NCBI GenBank assembly: GCA_005768725.1
Contig: VAFM01000002.1
Span: forward strand, 70,420-134,419
Direction of reading: 5' to 3'
Source of the DNA: Blastochloris viridis
Lineage (GTDB): Bacteria > Pseudomonadota > Alphaproteobacteria > UBA2136 > UBA6156
Length of the DNA: 64,000 bases
Both the position numbers and the translations under genes were made by a program. The notes under the pieces were generated by a model. It did no database searches. It was not told the DNA's origin and saw nothing but the letters and a program-made list of their open reading frames with translations. Positions 48,477-58,843 of the stretch are shown here, piece after piece. How positions within the stretch are numbered: position 1 is the first letter of the stretch; every line of letters begins with the position of its first letter.

Positions 48477-49175
48477 TTACTGGGCCACCCCAACAGGCGC
48501 GCCACCCAATACACCGGCACGCTGCAACGCACGTTGGCGCATATCGGCCGGCAGGTTCGGCACCTGCAGCAGTTTCAGGGTGTAACCGCGGGCGGCAGTC
48601 GTGTCACCGGCTTGCTGGGCCAGCAGCGCCAGCAGTTCCAGTGCTGGCCCATAGGCCGGGCTGGGCAGGTCTTCGTAATTGGTCTGGGCGAGCATTTCCA
48701 GTTGGGCCTTGGCGGCGGCACTATCGGCTCCCATCAGGGCGAGCGCCGCATTCAAACGCGCCACATCGCGCAGCCATTGCGGCTCGCTGCTGTCGTTCGC
48801 CAGCTCAAGGTAAGCATCGGCTTTGGCCTTGGCCTCGTGCTGCATGTTGGCCTTGGCGTACAGGGCCAAGGCACGGGTACCGCCGGTGGTATCATTCAAA
48901 ATCTGCGGCAGCATCTTTTCGCGTTCGGCATCCGTTTTCAGCTCGGTAAAGGCAAACCATTGCGCGGCATGGGTGCGGGCCTTGTGCATGCTCCAGGCAT
49001 CCCAGGCCTCACGCCCGGCCACGGCCAAAACCAAAGCAATGATAGCCGCCAGCAAGAACCACTTGCTGCGGTGCCATACGGCCAGCAGGCGTTCCTGTTG
49101 CATGGCTTCGTCCACCTCGCGCAGAAAGGCGCTGGTGGTGTCAGAGGACGGGGTCACATTTTTCATCTGTTTCAT
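48477..49175 (-). CDS. YfgM-like TPR membrane protein
   Basis: N-terminal TM (WFLLAAIIALVLAVAG) followed by a TPR-like helical domain; upstream of bamB. Confidence 0.6.
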   Translation of the reverse strand: MKQMKNVTPSSDTTSAFLREVDEAMQQERLLAVWHRSKWFLLAAIIALVLAVAGREAWDAWSMHKARTHAAQWFAFTELKTDAEREKMLPQILNDTTGGTRALALYAKANMQHEAKAKADAYLELANDSSEPQWLRDVARLNAALALMGADSAAAKAQLEMLAQTNYEDLPSPAYGPALELLALLAQQAGDTTAARGYTLKLLQVPNLPADMRQRALQRAGVLGGAPVGVAQ

Positions 49176-49336
49176 GCACTCCTTGTAACGCAATCTCAGC
49201 CAGAGCGGGAGGCCCCTGCGCACAAAAGCGCCACACACGCAGAACAGGAATGCAACCCTGACGGGCAACCACGCAGCCCGACACCTAGACCGATACCGAA
49301 AAAACCGTAAAATGCCCTCAATAATAAGGCATAAAA

Positions 49337-50389
49337 ATGCTCACCACATTCTTCTCATTCTGGAGTTCCGTCCCCCTGCGGTGGCGCTTTTTCATTACAT
49401 CCTTCAGCGGTATTGCAGTGATGTTCACCGAAGACGTCTTCGTTGTTGGCACAACGCCGGAGGGCTGGATGTTCCTCCTCGCCGGTGCCAGCGTGATTCT
49501 GGTGGTAGGCGAGCTTATCATCCGCGACGTGCATAAAGGTATCGTCAATCTCCAAAGCAGCATCGCGGCACTCAGCCAGCTAGACCTCAGCAAAGATGCC
49601 CAGATCGGCGGACAACTGGAAATGCAGCATATCGCGACCGACCTCAACAAGGTCATCGCCGAATGGCGCACCATCATCAACACCAACCTCACCAGCAGCC
49701 GCGGCATGGTAGAGGCCGTGGCGGTGGTCGAAGGCCAATGCCATGCCCTGCGCGAAATGAGCGAGCACCAGCGCAACGATATTTCCAGCATGACCGAAGG
49801 CACCGTGCGCAGCAAAGCCCTGGTGCACGATGTCGAAAGCCGTATGTCGCGCGTCAATTCCAGCCTGCAGAACATCGGCGACGTCGTGCAGCAGAACACG
49901 TCCTACATGGCCGAACTGATCCGCAAGACCGAAGAGGTCTCCAACGTGTCCTCGGTCATTAAGCAGATTTCCGAACAGATCAACCTCCTCGCCCTCAACG
50001 CCGCCATCGAAGCCGCCCGCGCGGGCGATGCAGGCCGTGGCTTTGCGGTGGTGGCCGATGAAGTGCGCAAACTCAGCAATCAAAGTGCCAATGCCGTCAG
50101 CGGAATCGATACCGTGGTCGAAGCCCTCACCCGTGCCGTGCACACCATGGAAGAAGGCCAGCAACGCATTGTCGAAACCATTCAGGGCATCGGCGCCGAC
50201 ACCGCCAGCGTCACGCAGGGCATGAGCGAACAAACCGTCGCGATCGACGACATCTCGTCCCGTGTGGAGAATTTCGCGGGCCAGATCGAAGAGGTTCACC
50301 ACAACGTGGAGCAAACCACCGTCGCCAGCGCAAATCTGGAAAGCCTTGCCGGCGACCTCAACGCCCTCGCCAGCCGCTTCCGCGTTTAA
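49337..50389 (+). CDS. Methyl-accepting chemotaxis protein (short, orphan)
   Basis: Two N-terminal TM helices; MCP signalling domain (LLALNAAIEAARAGDAGRGFAVVADEVRKLS). Confidence 0.75.
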   Translation: MLTTFFSFWSSVPLRWRFFITSFSGIAVMFTEDVFVVGTTPEGWMFLLAGASVILVVGELIIRDVHKGIVNLQSSIAALSQLDLSKDAQIGGQLEMQHIATDLNKVIAEWRTIINTNLTSSRGMVEAVAVVEGQCHALREMSEHQRNDISSMTEGTVRSKALVHDVESRMSRVNSSLQNIGDVVQQNTSYMAELIRKTEEVSNVSSVIKQISEQINLLALNAAIEAARAGDAGRGFAVVADEVRKLSNQSANAVSGIDTVVEALTRAVHTMEEGQQRIVETIQGIGADTASVTQGMSEQTVAIDDISSRVENFAGQIEEVHHNVEQTTVASANLESLAGDLNALASRFRV

Positions 50390-50405
50390 GAACCCCCTCC
50401 AACGT

Positions 50406-50433
50406 CAAAGCCTCCCAAAAGGGAGGCTTTTTC
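50406..50433 (+). terminator. Rho-independent terminator after the MCP gene
   Basis: GCCTCCCaaaaGGGAGGCTTTTTC. Confidence 0.55.
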
Positions 50434-50523
50434 ATACTATGCCGCAGGCATTCCTCTTGGCGCGAGATACGAGCAAAGCTCGTCAATCTTGTAGCGCTAA
50501 CCGCATCGCAGATGCGGAATGAC

Positions 50524-50648
50524 TAGGCCCCACACGCGAGGCTACAAAGGGCTATCCCGGTGCTTTTTGGTGGGGCGCCGAATACAGATAGAGTATTTCA
50601 GACCCGCCAAAAAGTGCTGGGGAGTCCTTTTAGCCCGCGCGCTTAAGA
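50524..50648 (-). repeat. Structured nested-palindromic element, copy B (3' UTR of tamB)
   Basis: Same element as 38668..38786; arms CCCGGTGCTTTTTGG / CCAAAAAGTGCTGGG and GCGAGGCTACAAA / TTTTAGCCCGCGC. Confidence 0.5.
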
Positions 50649-50655
50649 AACGAGA

Positions 50656-53600
50656 TTAATAATCTCGTTTCCACTCCACCCCAAACGTCTGGGTTCCCAC
50701 TCCATCTACCGTCGTATTCGCATTGATACTCGGCGTCAGCTCTATCTCGGTCTTGATCTCCCGATTCTCCGGCTCTGCACCCTGGCTCACACTCAGGTAC
50801 ACATTGTCGGTCAGGTATTTGCCGGTGGTCACAGTCACACCGCCTTCTTCGCCGCTTCCCACATCCAATGTGTCAACACCCAGCGTATCGCGGGCACGGT
50901 CAAGCAAGCTTGGCCCGCCGCCATCACGGCCAGAAAGAATTCGCGCGGCCTGCGCCAGTTTCAACGCTTCAAAGGCCGAGATATTGCTAAGCGTACGGCC
51001 AAACAGCAGCAACGCCAGCGCTTCATCCTGCGGTACATACGGGTCGCTGGTCAGGACAATTTTCGGCTCAATCGCCTGCCCGGTAATCGCCAGCGTTAGC
51101 TCAGTACCACGCACGGTGGTTTTAGCCTTCACATCCAAAAACGGCGAAGGCGGAATGGCACCTTCAAACCGCAAGGCAGAATCCGCCAGCTGCAACGTCC
51201 GGTCTATCAGCGTAAAGCTTCCGCGCAGCGCAGTCAGTTTGCCGTTCAGCAGCGACTGGGCCGCCGTGCCGGTTACTTTAATATTCCCCCCAAATTCCGC
51301 ATCCAGTCCGCGGCCACGCACGTAAATCCGCTGGGGCGCATCAACCTCAATGTTCAAGCGTGTCTCCGTTCCCACCGTACTGGGCTCACTTTCAGGGCGC
51401 ACACGTATCACTTCTACGTAAGGGATGTCCGCTTCCCGGCTGTTCCCCGGTAATTGCACCTGCAACGGCCCCACGGTCAGTTTTCCGGCCACGGTATGGT
51501 CCGGCAACGTGCCGCGCACGGTTAATCCGCCATCAATCTTACCGCTGGCCAGTCCCCCACAGAAAAGCCTGAAATCTCTCACATTCAGCGCCATATCCAG
51601 TGCCTGAGCATCCTGCAATTCCACACGCCCTTCGGCTGTCAGCATCCCGCCCTGCCCGTCCGGCGCTTCCAACCCGCTCAAGCGTACGCCAGCCATGTCT
51701 CCCAGCACATCCGCGCGCAGGTCATGCAGGCAAATACCACTGTCGGCATGGCTAACTTCAACCCCGCGCAATTCCACACGCCCGCGCGGTTGCGGTTCAC
51801 CCACCGTTCCCGCCAAGCTCACACTGGCACTCACGGTACCGCCAACCTGCAAGCCCTGTTCCCACAGCATCGGGTTCAGCGTCGCCAACGGCAAACCACC
51901 CCTGAACGCCCCCGCAATTTTGCTTTCCGGCCCGATGCCTAACGTAAACGGCCACACGCTCAAACCACCTTCCACAGTCGCATTACCGCGTGCCGTAAAC
52001 GTCTGGTTCTGCGCTTTGGTCTGGGCCTCAATGTCGGCCTTCAGCAAACCGTTGCGCCAGTCGCCACGCAACGTCGCCTCCAACGGATACTCCGACAGCA
52101 TCACGCCGGTACTCGCCTGCAACGTCACCACCGGTGCCGTCACTGGCCCGGTGATCCGCCCGCGACCACTGAGCGTGCCGCTCACCGCATCGGCACTCAA
52201 CGCCGCCAGGCTCAAGCCCTGAACATCAAACCCACCCGCAATCCGCTGAGCATCCATGGTGCCGGAAACCTGCACCACCCCACCGGCAAATTCCAGCACG
52301 GTTGGCGAGACATACCCCTTCGCACCATCCCACGAAATCCGTGTCGGGTTACGCAAGCGCACATTGTAAGGCGCATAATCCACCTGCAATGCCTTGATAT
52401 CCGCCGCCCCAACCTGCATCTCATTGCGGATATCCAGCACCACACCCGCGTCTGCGGTTCCTTTCAAATCCACACCGGCCATTTGCCCCAAAGGCCGCAT
52501 ATCGTCAATTTTCACCGCCAGTTTGGCTTTGGCCAGCAAGGTTGCTAAATCAATCTGACCCGTCCCGTCCACCACAACACCCGGCCCGCGCACGCTCAGC
52601 GTATCCACGCCTGCCGCGTCCGTCCGCCACCAGCCTGCACCACTCCCGGCAAAACGCTGCTTGCCCTGAATCACCGTTGCCGAAACACGCCCCTGCCCCT
52701 CCGCAACACTCCCCAACGCGGTGGCCGAAACATCTATATCAAACTGCTTGTTCAACCGCCCTGCCACGGTCGCAAGGCCTGCAAAGGTCGGGCTCACGGT
52801 ATCAACGCGGGCATTCACATGCGCCGCCACCGGCCCCGCCGTCACGGTGTCGTAGCCTACATCGGTACTGCTCACATTTGCCAGAATATCCAACGCCGTC
52901 AGCGTCCCGCTTACCGCCACATTCCCGTTAACCGAGCCTGCCAGTTTCTGTACCGCCAATACCGGCCATTCCTGCATGCGCACAAGGTTCAGTACAGCAG
53001 TGCCCGAAACCTCCTGCCCCGCATTCCACATCATTCCAGCCCCATTGACACGACTGGCACCAACTGTCGCTTCAAGCCCGTCCACACGCCACACATCACC
53101 TTGCATGCCGCCAATAACCGTTGCCGAAATCCCGCCCTTCGCCAGCCCAGCCAACCGTGCCAGCAATCCGTCCGGAGCCTCATGCAGCATCACGCTCGCA
53201 CTCACATTCTCCGTCAGAATCCCCTCTGCAAACGCCTGCAACGTGGTCTCCGGTCCATCTAGGGTCGCCACTTCGGCGCGGTAGCCATTACCATCCCGCG
53301 CCGCGTTGGCATGCACGCGCTGGGCACGGCCCATCACTGGTTCGGCCAAGGCCACTTCCCCAATCTGCAAACTGTCAGGCACCAGCATCAGCACATCAAA
53401 CGTACTGCCGTTCTCCTCTTCCGGCTGTTCCTCTTCGGTAGCGGGGTAGCGCGGCTGGCGCAGCACATCCACCTTCGCCACATCCACCTTTTGCAAAAGC
53501 GGAGTTCCGGTAAAATACGCCAGCGGGCGCCACACAATATCGCCCTGCTCCACATTCAGCCACGTGCCTTCGGGGTCATACACCTCCACACGGTCCACAT

Positions 53601-53766
53601 GCAGGGTGCTCACCACATTGCCGCGCAACCCACTCAACCGCACGCCCACATCCATACGGTTCACCAGTGTCTCAACGGCACCGCTCGCCCACAGGCCCAC
53701 AAGTGTCAAAACAACGACAAGCAGCAAAGCTGCAATCACCAGTAAAACGCGCAGTAAAACCTTCAT
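50656..53766 (-). CDS. tamB: Translocation and assembly module subunit TamB (DUF490 / AsmA-like)
   Basis: 1036 aa; N-terminal TM anchor; long beta-rich repeats; C-terminal DUF490-like end; ATGA overlap with tamA. Confidence 0.85.
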   Translation of the reverse strand: MKVLLRVLLVIAALLLVVVLTLVGLWASGAVETLVNRMDVGVRLSGLRGNVVSTLHVDRVEVYDPEGTWLNVEQGDIVWRPLAYFTGTPLLQKVDVAKVDVLRQPRYPATEEEQPEEENGSTFDVLMLVPDSLQIGEVALAEPVMGRAQRVHANAARDGNGYRAEVATLDGPETTLQAFAEGILTENVSASVMLHEAPDGLLARLAGLAKGGISATVIGGMQGDVWRVDGLEATVGASRVNGAGMMWNAGQEVSGTAVLNLVRMQEWPVLAVQKLAGSVNGNVAVSGTLTALDILANVSSTDVGYDTVTAGPVAAHVNARVDTVSPTFAGLATVAGRLNKQFDIDVSATALGSVAEGQGRVSATVIQGKQRFAGSGAGWWRTDAAGVDTLSVRGPGVVVDGTGQIDLATLLAKAKLAVKIDDMRPLGQMAGVDLKGTADAGVVLDIRNEMQVGAADIKALQVDYAPYNVRLRNPTRISWDGAKGYVSPTVLEFAGGVVQVSGTMDAQRIAGGFDVQGLSLAALSADAVSGTLSGRGRITGPVTAPVVTLQASTGVMLSEYPLEATLRGDWRNGLLKADIEAQTKAQNQTFTARGNATVEGGLSVWPFTLGIGPESKIAGAFRGGLPLATLNPMLWEQGLQVGGTVSASVSLAGTVGEPQPRGRVELRGVEVSHADSGICLHDLRADVLGDMAGVRLSGLEAPDGQGGMLTAEGRVELQDAQALDMALNVRDFRLFCGGLASGKIDGGLTVRGTLPDHTVAGKLTVGPLQVQLPGNSREADIPYVEVIRVRPESEPSTVGTETRLNIEVDAPQRIYVRGRGLDAEFGGNIKVTGTAAQSLLNGKLTALRGSFTLIDRTLQLADSALRFEGAIPPSPFLDVKAKTTVRGTELTLAITGQAIEPKIVLTSDPYVPQDEALALLLFGRTLSNISAFEALKLAQAARILSGRDGGGPSLLDRARDTLGVDTLDVGSGEEGGVTVTTGKYLTDNVYLSVSQGAEPENREIKTEIELTPSINANTTVDGVGTQTFGVEWKRDY

Positions 53767-55574
53767 CAGAACGACTGCCCGATACTCACGTAAATCGCAT
53801 AACCTTCGGCGCCGATGTCCTTCCCGTTCAGCGGCACACCCACATCCAAACGTATCGGCCCGATCGCCGTGTAATAGCGCAGACCAGCTCCTGCCCCCAT
53901 GTACAATTCACCCATGTCCTTCGGCAGGGCATCAGCATAAACATTCCCGGCATCTAAAAACGTGACAAAGCCAAAGTCATTCGTAAACCGCGTGCGTACT
54001 TCCGCACTCCCCACCACAAAGCTGCTCCCACCAATGGGCTTGTTATCCGGCCCGCGCGGCCCGATCGACTGATACCCGTACCCGCGGACAGATCCACCAC
54101 CCCCGGCATAAAAGCGGATATCCGACGGGACGTTGCTGTCCTTGGCGCCGTAAATGGTCCCGCCGGTCACCTTCAGCGCCAGGGTGGGGCTCAACGCAAC
54201 GGGCGGGCTTACATAGGTCTGGGCGGTCAGTTGGGTTTTGACAAAGTCGCCGCCATCACCAAAGGTTTCCTTGTAGGGTGTCACGCTCAGGTTGGCATAC
54301 AGGCCTTTGCGCGGGTCCAGCACATTCCGGCGGTCGTCATATTCCAAAAATCCCGGAAACGACAGCAGTCCATAGGTATTCTCACCCAAGCTATCCTCAC
54401 TCTCGGTAAAGCGGTACCCCACACCTAGGCTCCCTTTCCAGTGACGCGCCAAGCGGCGTTCCAAACGTGCCGAACCTTCCAACGTGGTGGCCTTATACGC
54501 ATCACGGTCCTCATCGGTCAGGCTACCGGCCAGAATCAGGTCCTGATCATCATGCCAGAATGCCGGCAGGCGCAAACTGGTATTCACACCGATTTCTTCC
54601 TGCCCGATGGTCGTACCGGCCGTGAATTTTTCACCCCCGCCCATCAGGTTGCGGTGTTCCCAGCCACCGGTGACCGCAAACCCCACATCACTCCCGTAAC
54701 TCATCCCAGCCCGCAGGGTACGCGGCGCACGTTCGGTCACGCCAATGGTCATCGGCACGGTGCCCGAGGCATCTGCTGTCGGCGGATAGGTAATACTGAC
54801 CACCGAGAACAACTGCGTCTCCATCAGCTTTTCCTGCGTATCGGTCACGCGGCTGGCCCTAAAGCAGCGTCCCTCACGCCAACTTACCTGACGCAGCACA
54901 ACTTCGCTCCGCACGTCTTTATTGCCCTGCACGGTGGTGGGTCCAAACACCGCCTCATCACCCTTATCCACCACATACACCACTTCCGCGCGGCGCCCGC
55001 CGCGGTACATGCCGTCATACAGCCGCACCTGCGGGGTCACATTCAGGTGCAGCACACAGGCGCGCTCGCCAAGAGCATCCAAAACAGTGGTGGCATCTTC
55101 TAGAATCTGTTTGGCTTCAATGTAATCGCCGCGCTTTTGCCCCAGCGTCTGTTCATCAAACGCCTTCAATGGCGCCTTGCCCTGCCAGTCGATGTTTACA
55201 TCAGCGATCCGCGCCCGCACACCGGGTTGAATGCGATACACCAGTACCGGCACCTTCTCTTCGTTTTCGCGAATATCCTGCACCAGAATCGCGTCGTAAT
55301 AACCGCGCGCCTGCAAGGCCTGACGTACACGCCCACCACGCACTACCAACTCACGTTCCAACCCTTCGCGGTCGGTCACTTCGGTGTCACTTTTGGGTTC
55401 ATCCAGCTTCAGCTCTTTCAACCAGGCATAGGTCGCGTCATCAATGCCGCTGAATTGTACTTTGTAATCAAGGGTATCTTTGCCAAACGGCCAGTACCAG
55501 GCGGCCTGCGCAGCCATCGGCAGGGCCATCAGCCCCAACAATGCAGCACACAGCAAAACCCCCCGCAGTTTCAT
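53766..55574 (-). CDS. tamA: Translocation and assembly module outer-membrane subunit TamA (Omp85 family)
   Basis: Signal peptide, POTRA-like N-region, 16-strand barrel ending ...YVSIGQSF (C-terminal F). Confidence 0.85.
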   Translation of the reverse strand: MKLRGVLLCAALLGLMALPMAAQAAWYWPFGKDTLDYKVQFSGIDDATYAWLKELKLDEPKSDTEVTDREGLERELVVRGGRVRQALQARGYYDAILVQDIRENEEKVPVLVYRIQPGVRARIADVNIDWQGKAPLKAFDEQTLGQKRGDYIEAKQILEDATTVLDALGERACVLHLNVTPQVRLYDGMYRGGRRAEVVYVVDKGDEAVFGPTTVQGNKDVRSEVVLRQVSWREGRCFRASRVTDTQEKLMETQLFSVVSITYPPTADASGTVPMTIGVTERAPRTLRAGMSYGSDVGFAVTGGWEHRNLMGGGEKFTAGTTIGQEEIGVNTSLRLPAFWHDDQDLILAGSLTDEDRDAYKATTLEGSARLERRLARHWKGSLGVGYRFTESEDSLGENTYGLLSFPGFLEYDDRRNVLDPRKGLYANLSVTPYKETFGDGGDFVKTQLTAQTYVSPPVALSPTLALKVTGGTIYGAKDSNVPSDIRFYAGGGGSVRGYGYQSIGPRGPDNKPIGGSSFVVGSAEVRTRFTNDFGFVTFLDAGNVYADALPKDMGELYMGAGAGLRYYTAIGPIRLDVGVPLNGKDIGAEGYAIYVSIGQSF

Positions 55575-55796
55575 GGGCCTACAACACCACAAAAGCGGCT
55601 TTCCGCCTAGGGTTTAGCGCGTTTTTCAAACGTTCCGATGCCCTTTTGCGGCGCACCAAATATCCTACCTAGCGCAACCCACTGAATTACATACATTTTA
55701 ACTCATACCGCACTGCACACCTACCCCCTGTCAGGCCGGTAAAAGAAGGATATTCTAAACCCAACAACCATAAAATTGTCGTGAGGAGAAAGCACC

Positions 55797-57758
<1,962 letters not shown>

Positions 57759-57895
57759 AGCTGAGAGCCTCCGCGTAGCCCTCTTGTGCCTTGCATACAA
57801 GAGGGCTATTGTCGCGCCGACCAGCTACCCCGATTCTGTAGCGGTACATCGACTTTTTCCAGGCATCCGCCTGATTATCATGGAAAGGCGCCCCT

Positions 57896-58270
57896 ATGCT
57901 CCACACTCCAAACATTATGGCAATCTCCGCAGGCCACTCATCCACCACCAATTGGATAAGCCGCACTGAGACACGCCGCTTTTTCGATCCGAACAGCAAG
58001 AATGGGCATTTGATCAAACCCCCCTTGCGCCACCGGTTGAAAAAACTATTCGAAGCGGCAGGAGAACCGCGCCGGATCATCTTCGACAATGTCCCTGCCC
58101 TCAGCTTCGACCAGAAAGCTCCTTACACGCATCAGGCGTATCATATCCTTCTTGTGTTTGAAGGCAGGTTCCTCGACTTTACCGTTCGCGACAAAAGGCC
58201 AGGTATTGTCACTGTTCTGAAAATCGACGTCATGACCACCCGGTCATGGTCCACACGTTACACAGCCTAA
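57896..58270 (+). CDS. Hypothetical protein (124 aa) in lower-GC patch
   Basis: SD GGAAAGG 9 nt before ATG; about 50% GC; no motif recognised. Confidence 0.4.
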   Translation: MLHTPNIMAISAGHSSTTNWISRTETRRFFDPNSKNGHLIKPPLRHRLKKLFEAAGEPRRIIFDNVPALSFDQKAPYTHQAYHILLVFEGRFLDFTVRDKRPGIVTVLKIDVMTTRSWSTRYTA

Positions 58271-58413
58271 ATTTCTTTTCTGGCCAGCCTCTTTCCTTTC
58301 ACGGGAAGAGGCTTTTTTAAGTCTTGAAATCCGTAATTCCCACCCCATACTCGCAACAATCCAACGCCTTGTGCATTATTAAACAAACCGAAGCCAAACA
58401 GAAAGATCACCCG

Positions 58414-58803
58414 ATGAAATACGCTCTCCTCACCGCTCCCCTGCTCCTGATGGCGTGTGCCACCAAGCAGGCCGAAGCTCCGCGTCCCACACATGTTTAC
58501 GGCTGCAATGGTAGTGTTGCTAAGGTAGAGGCCAGTTATCCGGATGCCGACACGGCCATCATCACCATTCAAACCGACGATAACCGCCCCACCTATACGC
58601 TCAAGCAAGTGGTTGCGGCCTCCGGCGCTAAGTACAGCACCAGCAAATCGTCCAATCCTACCACCGGTCACTTCATCTGGTGGACCAAGGGTAACAACGC
58701 CGTGCTGTTTACCACCGCCAAGTCCACCAGCCAGCCGGAATACGTGTATGAAAAACAACTGGCCACTTGCATGGTGGCTCCTTACACCGGCTCCGCCAAG
58801 TAA
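58414..58803 (+). CDS. mliC: MliC-family lipoprotein (membrane-bound lysozyme inhibitor)
   Basis: Lipobox LLMAC; conserved Cys pair; SGAKYS motif matching the MliC SGSGA(K/R)Y region. Confidence 0.6.
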   Translation: MKYALLTAPLLLMACATKQAEAPRPTHVYGCNGSVAKVEASYPDADTAIITIQTDDNRPTYTLKQVVAASGAKYSTSKSSNPTTGHFIWWTKGNNAVLFTTAKSTSQPEYVYEKQLATCMVAPYTGSAK

Positions 58804-58813
58804 TCCTTAGGAA

Positions 58814-58843
58814 TAAAAAAGAGCCCCGAAGGGCTCTTTTTTA
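58814..58843. terminator. Bidirectional terminator (mliC / asmA)
   Basis: AAAAAAGAGCCCcgaaGGGCTCTTTTTTA. Confidence 0.55.
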
